Below are positions 50,641 to 64,000 of a DNA stretch of 64,000 nt, piece by piece. Source of the stretch: Octopus sinensis (lineage: Eukaryota); the NCBI RefSeq assembly GCF_006345805.1, contig NC_043003.1, positions 62,124,001 to 62,188,000 of the forward strand, read 5' to 3'. The position numbers and the translations under genes were made by a program. Position 1 is the first letter of the stretch, and every line of letters begins with the position of its first letter. The notes below the pieces were generated by a model that saw only the letters and a program-made list of their open reading frames with translations, was not told the DNA's origin and did not search any database.

Positions 50641-51363
50641 TACAAGGTGGTATCAAAATGTTTCTGGACTAGTTCTCTTTAGCATGCCAACAGATGGCAG
50701 CACACTTGTACACACAGTGAGAGCTAGCAGTGACTTTCATGAGGCAGTGTGCTGAGTGACATCGCTATGTTTACTTTGCAAGTTGTGAAATTTGTGTTTT
50801 TGTGATCATGTGTATGCTGTAGTCTGTGATTTTGTCTTGGACAGAAAGCTGGAACAAAGAACCAATGTCTGTTACAGAGACATTGAGCATGCTTCAGCAA
50901 GCTTACAACACCAAGGCAATGAGTCATACACAATGTTTCGAGTGGCATGGGTGCTCAAATGTGGAAGAACATCCCTGGAAGACGATGTGCAATCTGGAAG
51001 ACCTGCTATGAGTGTCATCCCCCAGAAATGTGGAGAAAATTCATCAGTTTGTGCTTGAGGATCGTTGGAAGACAGTCAGCAACATTGCTGATGTTGTTGG
51101 TCTGTCATATAGGTCAGTGCAGGCAATCGTAACATCTGAATTGAACATATCTCTGCCAAGTTTGTCCTCCACCTGATCAGAAAGGACATCACCTTAAAGT
51201 CTATCAAAATCTCTGTCAGTGTGCCACTGATGACCCATCCTTCATATTGAGGACGAGAGTTGGGCCTGTGGCTGTTTCAAAGGAGATGATTTTAAAACTT
51301 AAGTAAATAAGTTATTTTTTATTAAACATAATTAGTTCAGGAACTTTTTGGTATCACTTTGGA
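50641..51363 (+). mobile_element. Internally deleted mariner (Tc1/mariner) DNA transposon
   Basis: TIRs TACAAGGTGGTATCAAAATGTTTCTGGACT (50641) and the reverse complement of AGTTCAGGAACTTTTTGGTATCACTTGGA (51335-51363), ~23/30; HTH remnant VTETLSMLQQAY...CFEWH...GRTSLEDD..SGRP; DESW joined directly to FKGD, so the catalytic core is deleted. Confidence 0.85.
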
Positions 51364-51559
51364 TGATATAAAATAGTGTTCTTATTCATAATGGAAAATT
51401 TGTTTAGAATGGTATTTTGTCTGTTCTTGTAACCCCAAAGTTCTTGTATATGTAGGCATGTCCCTGTGGCAGCCAGCAATATCTCTTGAAATGTGAGTGA
51501 GAATATAATGTGAGGATTAAATAATGTTTTTTAATCAGGAGGAAAGGACAAGACCAATA

Positions 51560-52300
51560 AAAGGAAGGTATTCTCAAATGGGAAAGCTGGCTGTAATGCA
51601 TACAACTCAGTGGGTTCCACTGAAAGCATCCATCATGCTGAGTGGTGGTTTGAAATTGGGCCATGAATTACGAATACAATGTCTTGAACATCAAGTTGAG
51701 ATATAGGGAGATGCTGTTCTGTAAACCATGGATCAAAGAGTTATTTTTGTTTGATAATATACCATCCCGGCATGTCATAAAAAAATAAGCCAATCATCCC
51801 TTTTATGTGTCTACATCTGAATGATGTTTTCTTATGGTTATGCTGTAGGAAATAGAATCAGAACTATTTCTAATATCACTTTTGTTATGTTGAAATCATC
51901 TGAGATTTATTGACCTAGACTTGGAATATCAGGTAATGGTTGACTGGAAAATATTGAAGTCTTGTGGAAGAAATGTTAACAAGAAGTGTAATGGCTTGAA
52001 TTGTTAAGAATATGTAGGTCATTTAAGAAAGGCAAAAGTTGAGTTTTCATGTATGCCCATAGGGTAGCTACATCTCTCTTTAATTGGATTTTTAGTATGG
52101 TTGTTATCTTGTTTTACTCCAATAGTTTTGCTTTTCACTATCTTGATTCAAGAGCTTCATTTGTACTGCTATTTCATTTGATGTTAGATGCCTTAGAACC
52201 TCATATAAGCATTTTGATCTATTTGGCAGAGATAGGCTTGCAACAGCTGATGAGTGATTTGAGAATTCTGTTTAGGTATGATATGAATAATTGGTTTATT
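51560..52300 (-). mobile_element. Decayed CR1/L2-like LINE endonuclease-region remnant
   Basis: Minus fragments SDDFNI (GDFN-like) and KRDDWLIF (ADW-like) in the expected order; heavily mutated. Confidence 0.3.
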
Positions 52301-55300
52301 TTTGAAAAAACAATTTAATTATAATGAATAGTTAAGATTGACATTTTGGGATAAGTTTATATATATATGTGTGTGTGTATGAATGTGTGCATGTATGTAT
52401 ATACTTATCTATCTATCTATCAATCATCATCATCATCACCACAATCAGTTAGCTTCCATGTTCCATGCAGGCATGGGTTGGTTGATTTGACAGGATCTGA
52501 TGGGTCATTGATATATATGATACAAAAAAAAAAGAGAGTCAGGAGAGGACACTATAAGTATTAGTTTGACGCTCAGAAAAAATGGAAAAAGGCTTCAACA
52601 TTTCAAGCTTATACTTTCCTGCAGAAAGAAATGAGGAGAGGAAACAGATTAAGAGAGAAAAAAATCTAGGGGAAAAAAACATGTCTAGATTAATGTAAAG
52701 CAACCCTTGTGTTAGTGAAGAAAACATATCTAAACTAGGATCAACACCAGTTAGAAAGACTTAATTCAAATGAGGAATTGCAATGGTAATATTTTCTTAT
52801 GACAGTATAAGTTTTCAGGTTTTTAATGGAGAAACAATATTATTAGCGATAATTTACATTTTTCAACAACTGATTGCAATGCAGACTCATCTTGCAAGGA
52901 TCTTCTCTTCATTAGCAGTAGTAATTTTAACTCGTGTAGGTTTATGTGTGCATGCAGTGCTGTACACTTTATATTCAAAATAGAAGATATTTGTTAATGG
53001 AAATTTAGATACTACTTCAATAGATTATCTGCATTGATGCATTGATGTTAACTGCATCTACCAAAGTATTAAACCAGTTTAGGTTATGAAATATATATCT
53101 ATGGATCATAAATAAAAATGGGTGAATCTTGAGGCTACTACACAGTTTAGAAACTGTTTTCTTGAAAAATGTCAAAGGACACAGAAAGTTTCTCAAACCT
53201 GGTAGGAGATGTGGTTTTACGCAAGATTTAGGTTAGAAGTAGGAGCTCAGTATGATGTCAGTAATGCAGCATATTGGCTTTACATATATATTGTAAGATT
53301 TCTAGCTTACTAGAAGGAAATCAGAACTTTAAATGTACCAGATGCTAATGTGTAGCTCACAGCAGTTGTCTATAAGATACTGATTGCAAATCACTCATAT
53401 TTCTACTAAGTGACATCTTTCTAGCCAAACTTTTCCAGCTAAAGTATGAATAATGGACTTACTAGAGATAACTGAAAAGGATTAGGAAATAAAGGATTTC
53501 TTTTCTTGAGGCTAAGTGGAAACTTTGGGTGAGAAAATTGGTTGCAGTCCAGTAAAATATGAAAATAAGCATTGAAGGTTTATAACTTCTGGAAGTGAGC
53601 AAATGTGAGTTGACAAAATGTTTCACATCAAAGATATTTCAGGTATCATAAAGAAGTAATCTATAGCATTGTGAACTTGTGAATAAACATGTTCCTGGAG
53701 AGAAAGTGTCTAGGTGTTATGACAATGGCACTCATGATAATCAGAGAAGATGTGGGAAAATGGGATTTGGTTAGACCTAAAAAGATTATCTAAGTTTGAG
53801 AAGTTAAGATATACTATATTCAGACATATCCTATGTAATCTCTCAAGGAAGAGTTTTAATTGGTCTGAAATTTATTTATAAAAGCATTAAAATTCAAAAT
53901 CTTTTCTTTAATTAACAATTTTAGCTGCAATATATAAAGGGGACTGAAATGTCAATTATTAACAACTTTGAACCTGATGCGATCTAGGAATATCCTATTA
54001 AGCATTGAGGAAATTCATTATATTGTAACAGACGAGTGTAGTAGAACCACTCAGGTTTTCTTCAAAAAATTTTTGTTTTCTAAAAAAAATTATTTGTAAA
54101 AGATTACTTGTACCATGTTTTTTTAAATATAATTCCAAAACAATAACTTTAAATCTTCATATGTTGAAAATTATTTATTCAGTTATTTTATCAGTATTTT
54201 CTTGACAATCATCAAGGAATTGAAAATGAATATAAATTATAACATCTTTAATTCATGTAATTCTTTAAACTGTTTTTCTATATTTTCCATTCTAAACCAG
54301 AATTTTTTCTTTTTCCTAATTATTTATATTCTCACAGATATTTTAAACTTGTTTCATCTAATGATTTTTCATAAAGATTTTCTTATTTCTATTGAAAAAG
54401 CAAATTGTTTGTGAGCAATGGATTAATGAGGTTTATATTTCATTCTCTCTTTTTATTTATTTGGCTTTTCTATTACTTTTGTTTTATTTTTTAAAATCTG
54501 ATACTAAAGTATGTATTATCCAAAAGATAATGATATTTCTAAATATTACATAAAGGTTTAAGCAGTTTACTGTACAAAAATGGAAGTACAGAAATTAAAA
54601 ACAAACAATCAAACAAAGTTCCCCACCAGAAATAGGAAATCCTACATTAGAGAAAGCTTAAATAATTTAAAGTCAACCTTTGAATATATTTTATATGAAT
54701 TATTCAGTTTGTTAATCCTCTACATTTTGCAAACTGTTCTAATAAACTCAGGATTTCTTAGATCTATGTTAACCTTATGTCATTGCCATAGGTATATTTA
54801 TATGTATTCATTTTGCATAGTATTAGATAAAAATTATTATTGCATATACATCAAAATAAAATAAGTATTATTCTTAAATTTCTCTGTCCATCATCTTGTC
54901 TTTTAATTTACATTTGGACAGTTGTGACCTATATTGCTCCTAGTAAATTGATATATCAGCTTATATGTTTTACATTAATTTATGAATCTAAATATTTTCA
55001 AGTCAAAACAATTGATTTAAAGTTAATAAAGCTAGTGTTAAAATATCTAATTTAGTTGCTAAAAATTAAATAACTAAATGTTATATCCTTTAAATATGAA
55101 AGCATTTTATTTTGTTTTGTGTCAGATTAAATATTCATGTAATAGAAATCAACTATATTCCTTTATTTTAGAATATTACTTTTACTTATTATGTTTTGCA
55201 AGACCTACTTCAAGTAGAGGGTAATACTAATAACTATTTTCAGATCTGAAAAGCTCCTTTAAAATATTTAGAAATTAAGTTTAAAATATAGAAATAAGTA

Positions 55301-56643
55301 AAACTACAACAAGTTTAATGAACTTCATTACACAATGAAAAAGATTACATTCACGTTTTCAATACTGTTTAATGTCATTAGCATAAAACATATTTTTAAT
55401 ATTTTGGAAATCTTAATGCATTTGGATAGGTTTTCATTATTATTAACTGATTGCTATTTTTTCTATTTGCATATCTTATGAAATTAGTTAAGTTTTGCTT
55501 GAAGAAATGATAACATTTCATGCACAATTTGCTCTTATCTCTTGAACATTAATATTGTGTGTTTTTACTTTTTTTATCATAAGCATTGTCTGCAAGCCTT
55601 CTCTTCTTAAATATAATGCTATTCAATCTTTGCTGCTTTAAAAGCTAATATAATTTATTCTGAATATTAGTTTCTTTAGTAACAAAATTATTTTTTCTTT
55701 ACTTTTTCTTTTAGAATTAGGTTTAACTTCACTTGCTCTTAACTTCTCAACCTCATGAATATTTCAGGATTAAAATCCTTTCTTCTACATTGTTGTTTTA
55801 TCATTCTCAATTTCTTTTGAAAAAATTCATTTGTTCCTTTGCTTCCTTGTCTCAAAAGGAATATGCTTAACCTTACTGAAAAAGCAGAACAATAATAATT
55901 TTGTGCTCTCTTGAAAATCATTTGCAAGTGACTTGTACCTCAAACATTAAAGTAATAATGTAACCTCATCATATAAATTTGCATTTCTCTTGTGAGATAA
56001 TTTATTTCATTGCAAAGGACAGCCTCACAACAAAGAACTTAATATATGGATTTGATTATTATCCTCTCTAAATCACTGAGGATAGCAATTTTGCATACAT
56101 TTTTTTAGAAAGAATTTCTTCTCTTTTGTGAGTCATTTTTTGTTTATTGTATTTTCTATGATGATAGGAAAACTGAAAATAAGTTAAATGTCAATGCATA
56201 TAGACTAGATACCATTGCTTTATATCATATATCAAATTTTACATCTCATTCATTCAGACCCATGACTCTGTATCTCTTTCACCTATTTTATATCCCCTCC
56301 TCAAAGTTAACATGGATTGAATTTTTTTTACTTTTAGGATTAGTATATAGATTATTAAAGATTTTGGTTTAATCTCAGCTGAACATCCATTCTTACATCA
56401 TATAAATAAAGTATTTGACTTTTATGTATTATTTACTTATGTAAGTTCTTAGATCTTTATGGAATTATGTATGAATTTTCCTGTTAATATAGTTTAGATT
56501 TAAATATATTGGAACATTAAATAATTTATTTTATTTATCAATTTTCAAATTTCAGTTTCAGTGTAAAATGAAAATTCATCTTAAAATTACCTAAGGAAGA
56601 TAATACACTATTCATAACAATCAAGGTAGCAACAATGAACCCC

Positions 56644-56700
56644 TCTTCTTCTTCTTCTTCTTCTTCTTCTTCTTCTTCTTCTTCTTCTTCTTCTTCTTCT
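56644..56700. repeat. (TCT)n trinucleotide microsatellite, ~19 units
   Basis: Pure TTC run; it produces the poly-E and poly-S artefact ORFs. Confidence 0.95.
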
Positions 56701-58960
56701 CCCCCTCTTTCTACCCACTTCCACTTTTCCTTTCCTTGGCCTTCAGTTTGTATCACTTCTTTACAGAACTGCAATCCCCCACATGTCTGTACCTGCACAT
56801 CGCATCTAATCCTACATATATTCATATTGTCTATTGACATATGCATTCTGTGCTTCATGCACATCCAGTAGAGCATGTTCATCTCATTTCTTTACCACCT
56901 TAGCACATCCTCTGCATTTAGTATCCATGTTTCAGTACAGTGTACTGTCACACTTTATACACATTCATTAAATCATACAATCTATCCATCACTCAGACAT
57001 ATATGCTCTTTGTTGCCTGCAGAGGCAATTGTTGTTCCTTCAACTTATTCCACTTTATTTCACTCTACCTTTCAGAGCACACACTTCCTATGTAACAAAA
57101 GTTGTCAACTATATCTAAGGAATCCACTGAGCTTTTGAAAGAATTTATTTCGTTCTAATTTCTCATAAATCTGCTATGTATGAAGTACTTATCTGTCAGC
57201 CTACTTGTGAAACACTGCAACTCTTGTGCACCTATAGTTTACATAGACTATATCTTTTGGAATTCCAACTTACTCCTTCTCTGGACATGAAACTTGGCTA
57301 GTTCACAGATGGCAAGTAGTGTCTTCTTTCTGGTTAACTAAAACAATTTACCTTTGATAGCTTTGTTTAATTACTGATTCTTGGTTTTGCCTTTGCATCT
57401 GGAATTTCTAAACCATAAGAGACACTTGTACATGCAATAGCATTCATTTGGGTTGGGTTGAGTTGGTTCCAACCAATGAGTTCATTATATCCTTCATGAA
57501 TGATGACCTCACCTGGCAGTTGGCCCTAACATTCCAGCGGATGAAATAATACTTCTGTCTGAAGCCCTGATTTAACAAATGCCCCACTGGAAGAGTAAGC
57601 ATATCAGACAGCATGGATGCCATAGCCATAGTCATCATTCTTTGTTATGGTCTAGAGTTCATGTTTAGTTTTAGTGGGAATACAAATTCACATGTGGTCC
57701 CCAGTCACATGCATACACATTTTGGGATAGTGTGATCCATAGCAACTCATCTTGCCATCATTTGCTGACTGTTGCCAAGGATTCACTGACGAAGTCAACA
57801 CTGATTATCAGAGCAAATGTTGCTTGGATTTGAAGCGGGTAGTACATATGCTTGTTAACTAGTAGCTAGAACACTAACAGGTACTACTACTCTGAGTCAG
57901 AGCAGAGCTGGGAACAATAATGGCTAAGACGTGGTTCCATATTTCATGAAAACCTGGAACTTCTGTACCAAGAGCCCCACTATTGGATATAGTTTAAACC
58001 CTTACCATTAATAACTGAAGAATGTATGAGAAATTTTTATATATGAAAGAATAAACTAAAAGTAAAAGTAGAAAAGCTAGAAATAAAATTTTCATTCTTT
58101 GACATGAGTTCCTATAGACAACCAGGGTCAGAGTACTATAATAATGTTTGAGAAGTTAACCTTGATGGTCATCTTTCTGCACTCTAAACTTTTGGCCAAA
58201 TTTTTACCTTTCTGATAACATTTCTGTACATGGCTTACATGGCTCTCAAATGTCATTCATCTACATCTAGTATACTTATCAACTACTTGATTACTGAGCA
58301 TGGCACCCTATTACAGGCCTCCATCAAATTCACAAAAAGCTGCAAACTCTTTGCAGAGAATTTCTCCAGGAATTGTTTTCCAACGAAGGAGACTCAATGA
58401 TAGCATGTTCTGGCACAACTCCAAATTAAATATTTAATTTTTTTTCTAGTCAATTATGCTATAACTCTTTCTATTACATTCATAACTTGGTCAATCAGTC
58501 TGCAGCATCTGTAGTTTTTTCTTTGTCCTCGTAGTAGTAGTTGATGATGATGATGATGACGACGATGACGACGATGACGATGATTACACTGCTATTCCAG
58601 TAATAAGAAATGTTCCACTGCCTAATTCATTCTGCAAGGGACTAACATATAATTCTGTTATTGTCTCTTGTTTATGTTCTACTTGGCTCGATATCTTAGC
58701 ATCTCAACAGTTATCCCTGATGGCCAGGCTCCTTTCCCCTGCCTTCATACCTTCACATCTTTAATGGCCATTTCAACCATATTGCTGTCAATTTCAAAAG
58801 TTGATTCATCTGTTAGATCTACTTGGGCCTTTTTTACTTTCTTTACACTGTCATTTTATTCAGCAACCTCTTGTAGTAACATTTCCAAACCTCCTCCCTC
58901 CTCCTTGCTACCTGTGAGAGTGAGTGTGATGCTATCATCATATACATTCTTTCCACTAAC
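56700..58960 (-). mobile_element. Decayed RTE-clade LINE (RT region to C-terminus), interrupted
   Basis: Minus fragments: EVWKCYYKRLLN; MVEMAIKDVK..GKGAWPSGITVEMLR; KQFLEKFSAK..LFVNLMEACNRVPCSVI...RAM*AMYR; SLDIVDNFCYIG; ETWILNAEDV..RNEMNML. Confidence 0.7.
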
Positions 58961-59229
58961 CTGATTCAGATCCACAGGAATCACAACTTTGCATAAAATG
59001 ACTGTTCATTGAATGACATTTTATTGAAATGACTTTTTATCAAAACATTTATTGAATAATTTCCTAAGTATATTATTTTTTACAATAATTTTTTTGTCAT
59101 CAGTTATGTGAGTTGTGATTGTTGTTTAATATAACTGTGTAGACATCAAAACTTCAGATCAACCAATAGACAACATGGTACAAATATGTCTTCCCGTATC
59201 TGCTTGATATTGATTATTTTTGCCCATAG

Positions 59230-60440
59230 CTGAGATGGAATATGTGTTGAGTAGAAGAGGAAAATATAAGATAATTCTTAATGGCTTTTCATATTTGAGC
59301 GACAAGACAGTTAACAATACAGGAGATGTGACAAGTACTTGATATGTAGAAGCTAAATGTTGACTGATGTAAAGGAAATTCAAAACCAACCAATTGACCA
59401 CGATCGTGAGCATTTGAAGTGGAAAAGTTAGTGTCTAAAATATGGGAAAAACTTGCTTACCTGGACAAGCAGACATTGACTGTCATCCAAGGTATGATAC
59501 AGAACTTTTCACTATAAGCTGCTAGTAATCTTTAAAAAAAGAAGTTTTAATATAGATGGTTCACAGAAAGAAAGTAAAGGGCAAATAGACAAGCAGCATA
59601 AAACAACCAGAGAAGAAGTTTTATTAAAAGAGGATGATGAAAATATTTTTTATATTTCTGAATTGCAAAGAAATCTAGACTGGCTTGTCCAAAATGATGG
59701 AAAATTTGCTCTTGCTTCAGATGATAATCAATTATATACCATTCACTTTCTGTATGGCTCTTTTATTGTTTCTTTGCTTATGCTAAAATTGGTGCTGAAA
59801 GTTAAATCCTTTGAGTTATCAAAAAAACAAAGACCTGGCATTTCACCTGAGACAATGATCATTGACTCTGGAGTAATTGCATTTAAGACATTTTCTAATA
59901 ACTTCTTCCCACAGTTGAAGTTTTTAAATATTGTTTTTCTTTTTTCAATTTTGAATTTTGTTATTATAAACGTTAGCCTATAGAGATTTCCCAATAAAAA
60001 TTTAGAACATACTCATCTGATAAAATCCTGTAAAGCTCTGGCATTTGTGCTAGATGATGTATAAAAATTTCAAGTGCAAAAAATGTAGAGCAATAGGGAT
60101 GAACATCTGCTTGGAGTTTTCATAGATTATGTTAAAATTATGTGGAATGGACTTGTTGGATATGAAAGATGACAGCCAAGATTTCTAATATGATGCTCGT
60201 ATGTATATAAAAATGAATTGCAATGTTCTACTCATAGCAGTGATGATTGTTACGCTGCATTTAGTAAATATATTGAAATTGTGCTGCCTCATGGGGAAAA
60301 AATGAAAATGTGAATAAAGTACAAGAGATATTTAATGAGTAAACTGGCTGGTGGTATTGATAACCCCCCCAAGAGAAAGAAATGACTTGTAGTGGATTAG
60401 TGAGTAAAGATCATTGTATTTGAATACCATGCTGTTAATA
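59230..60440 (+). mobile_element. Decayed Mutator-like (MULE) transposase with N-terminal FLYWCH-type zinc finger
   Basis: MEYVLSRRGKYKIILNGFSY...RCDKY..CRS...PIDHD (FLYWCH-like); NDGKFALASDDNQLYTIH (DGTF..QLYTIH); PETMIIDSGVIAFKTFSNNFFP (DFE.AA.NAF..FP); CKALAF; ORF 59663-59983 is one fragment. Confidence 0.7.
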
Positions 60441-61275
60441 ATCAAATAATTAATTATCTATAATGTTTATGCACATAACTTATAAAATTGGTAGTTTCAA
60501 ATTTTTTAATGCGTTATTATTATTTAATCATTTTTTTGGAAGGAAATTCAAGTTTTATTTTCCATTTAATATGCTCTTATAAAAATTATTCTATATTTAA
60601 AATATTCTACTTCAAAATTATTCTTTAAAATATAATATATTCTGTTGTGTCTGGGGAGAAAATCCAAAAACGAAATATAATATATTTGCAAAATATAGAT
60701 GTCATTTTAATAAAAAGGCATGCTATATGATCTACTAATCTGGAATCTCAAGCTATAAAGTCATCCTATATTATCTACTGATCTGGAATATCACACTCAT
60801 TTTGTTTCTATAACAGAAACCTCTTCTTTCAGCTTCTTTTGTTCTTGTTTGGTATGCTCAGCATGTACCTTCTCTTCTAGTTGTCTAATATTGTTCCTGT
60901 TCTTTCATTTTCCATTTATTTCCCAGGGTCTCCTTTTTCTGTTCTACTTCACTACCATGTTACCTTCTGCTTGGCTAGAAATTGCCCCATACACAATTGG
61001 TTTGTGGCTCACAGCAGGATGTCTCACAGAAACTCCTAGCTGTTTATATGTTATAGTCCTCTGTTTTGTCTTTTTGATAAACATTTCACTTAATGCTTCT
61101 TTGAACCTAGAGCTAACAAAGGGATCTTTCAACTGCTATAGCTTTCTTCTCTATATTGTTTTGTGTTTCTGAGTAGCTCTAATGTTGACTACTAGTCTAT
61201 ACTGAGTGGCATATTCTTCATTGGGAAAATACTTGGTATTCACTAAGATTTATCGATCCCTTTTTCTAGTGAGTT

Positions 61276-61490
61276 CATCATCATCATCATCATTTAGCGT
61301 CCGCTTTCCATGTTAGCATGGTTTGGATGGTTCAGCTGGGGTCTGGGAAGCCAGAAGGCTGCACCAGGCCCAGTCTGATCTGGCAATGTTTCTACGGCTG
61401 GATGCCCTTCCTAACGCCAACCACTCCGTGAGTGTAGTGGGTGCTTTTTACGTGCCACCAGCACAGGTGCCAGACGGGGCTGGCAATAAA
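61276..61490 (-). mobile_element. SINE family A, relatively young copy
   Basis: (CAT)n then TTTAGCGTCCGCTTTCCATG...CTACGGCTGGATGCCCTTCCTAACGCCAACCACTCCG; CpGs retained. Confidence 0.8.
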
Positions 61491-64000
61491 AATAGAGTCA
61501 TAAAATCTATTTGGTTTTTCTGTTCAACTGAGTAGCAGGTGACCAAGTGTTTTCCAGTTTCTTGAAGCTAGTGTTACAAATATTTAGGTCAAATATGTCA
61601 AAGAACTGAGAATCTTGGTCCTTCTTCATTATGTGTATCATGCAGTACCTTCATATACACCAGCCATGATTGTTGCAATCTGTTTTTGAGTGAAACAGCA
61701 TGAGGAATTTGAAGAATTCCTTTTACTTTTTACTACTATCTGTGCTTTAGGTTTGCTCCAGATGCTAACTGGGATTTCTCAGCAACACAACAACTTATAT
61801 TGTATAATAAGGGAACTTTTATGTTTGAAATACAACCAAATCTTTCTCAAAGTGCACCCATCATCTTAAATAAAGAGAAAAATCATATTGAATAATGTAG
61901 CATATTCCTAAAAAGACTTAGTGATTACAATTGGAATGCTTTTGATCATAAGTTTACTCAATCAGAATTAACCCATGGATAATCAGCAAAAATAATAACA
62001 ATTGTTAAATGTTCTTTGATCTTTCTGGGATTCAGAGTGCTATACACTATGAGTATTGATACACTTATACACATTTTCAACATCCAAGAAGCACACTAGT
62101 TGCTAACTACTAAGGTAAGAAATATGAAGGAAAACCTGATTTAGATGAGAGAAAAATTTAGTTAGCATCATTCCAAATATGAGTTCTGGTTTTTTCTCCT
62201 CATTGATTTGTCACCTGAAGAGGAATATTACTCATGGAATTTATGAGTTCTACTAGACTGAGAAGATTGATGCTAATAATATTCAGTTTGAATCTGTTTA
62301 TGTCAACATGGACAGTTTTGTCAAGAGTATGGAGTTGTAAGTGAAACAAACTAGTGACAGTGTATTTACCTTCACTGATGATTACTTCAGAGGATTACTT
62401 GTGAAAGCTGAGTTAAGATACATGTTCTCTATTGAGAACAAAAAATGATGAATTACTAGCTGGTGGTTGGGGATTTTAGAGAGTGGTTGAGAGGAAATGA
62501 GAAAAGAAATCATGAAGGACTGTAACTGGAAGTGTTAGTTACCAATATCCACATGAATGCTATTAATGATATGCAAAGTAGAACCAAAGAAAGTGCAGAC
62601 ACCACCTTTATAAAAATATGGCTTGTTTATTACCTGAAGCTCAAAATATCTTTTGTTGCCACTACACGTATAGTTATTCACAGATACCAGTATACATCTA
62701 CAGAACTTCAAAAATCAACATCATTGGATGAATAATCTCCCTTCCATTTAGTCTGGACAAATATAAGAACCATATGTTCAAAAGTGGCAACTGCATTAAT
62801 AATCTCAAACACTATGCTGGAATACACATAACCTAAAAGTGCACAGAAACAGCAATTGTTGCATTCCAACTAGGTCCATTCCAACTGCCTTTGCTGTAAC
62901 TGTCATTAGAATCTCAGTGACACCAAAACAGAGTGAACAACAAAGAGATAGCATCTTATCCAAATTGCAATGCTGAACCTTATACAATAAATAACTTTAT
63001 GTTGGAGGGTACAGCATAGTCCTGGAAATGGAGGTATGGAGTATTTGAGGAAGCAAAATGCTGTGGATTGCACTTATGTGATTGACTGATGGTCAACATT
63101 GTATTAGTTTCATTAATCTGAGGTGCCTAAGTGCTAAACAATAACAGAAAATACTGTAATAAGCTTAGGAATGTAAAAGCATACCAAAAAGAATTGTAAT
63201 TATCAAAATCATATATTATATTAAGTACTAAAGTGATGTAAAATGCTAAAAATATAAATATAAAGCAGAAGACAACTTGTAGCAGCAGAGACAGTTTTAT
63301 ATGTATAGTTGATAGATAGTTATAGTGTAGCTGGGAAAGCCTATTCATCTTAGAAATCTAGAAAAAAGCAAGGATAAAATTTGTTGTTGAATACTCTCAA
63401 TTAGCTCTGACTAGGTTGTGGCACAAAAGCAGTTAATTAGAAACCTTTTAATATTCTAATGTAAATCTTCCATAAAATGATTTAACTTCATAACTTAAAG
63501 TAAGAACAGGATACATGTGAGAGCATGACACTATGAATTTCCTAAGTAAATAAAATCATTCTTCTCATGATTTAACTTTTGGCTGTAAATTTCTGAAATT
63601 GTCAATGATCACCATTAGAGAAAATAGAATTAGTTGATTAAAATGAATGCTGAGAATACTGACATATCAGCTTGGTTTCAAATACAAACCAATGTTTTAA
63701 ACATTAAAAGAGAATTTAAAAACAAATGATTGCCATTTTATTCTTATGACTCAATAAAAAAGAAACTATAGTCCAAGTTGCTTTAGTAAGAAGCTTAGAA
63801 ACATAAGCATCATTCATTAAAAAAGACAAAATGTTTTTTAGGTTTCCTACATTTTCCTTACAGTTCAGTAATAAAATATTTAGTCTCAACTATACTGAAT
63901 GTGGGATAGTTCTTAGTTTGAATAATCTTACATGCAAAGCTAACTGCAAGTTCATCACTGAGGTATATATTTTAAAATGCTATAACATTACCTTTTAGCA

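Noticed and set aside
35225-51492. Chain of splice-bounded micro-exons (35225-35254, 37580-37617, 43701-43733, 44742-44789, 51456-51492; also 14063-14099)
   Set aside because: Each has good splice signals, but joining them in compatible phases creates stops or breaks phase and no known protein emerges; this number of sites is expected by chance in AT-rich DNA
56538-56882. Poly-Glu/poly-Ser ORFs
   Set aside because: Produced by the (TCT)n tract and RTE debris
1-64000. Orientation bias of retroelements as evidence that the window is one intron
   Set aside because: SINE B leans to the minus strand but LINE fragments occur on both strands; counts are too small to be informative

Overview
AT-rich, microsatellite-dense animal genomic DNA. 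The SINE/LINE repertoire and (CA)n/(TA)n/(GAT)n/(TAA)n load resemble coleoid cephalopod (Octopus-like) DNA; that assignment is an inference from remembered repeat families and was not searched. No intact, recognisable host protein-coding gene, rRNA, tRNA gene or CRISPR array was found, and almost every listed ORF is a microsatellite or transposon-fossil artefact. The window is mostly decayed mobile elements: several RTE-clade LINE remnants and SINEs sharing their 3' tail, two tRNA-headed SINE families, an R4/Dong-type LINE 3' end, CR1/L2-like remnants, two decayed Gypsy gag/pol fossils, a solo-LTR-like insert, an internally deleted mariner, a FLYWCH-MULE fossil, Helitron-like repeats and Penelope-like (PLE) fragments. 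The most notable observations are three hammerhead-ribozyme-like motifs in PLE-type ends (the best at 33555-33660 on the minus strand, with a long helix II), a ~750 bp palindrome at 16560-17309, an exact 186 bp copy of one SINE segment inserted into a neighbour 2 kb away, and a few weak splice-bounded micro-exon candidates near the window start.
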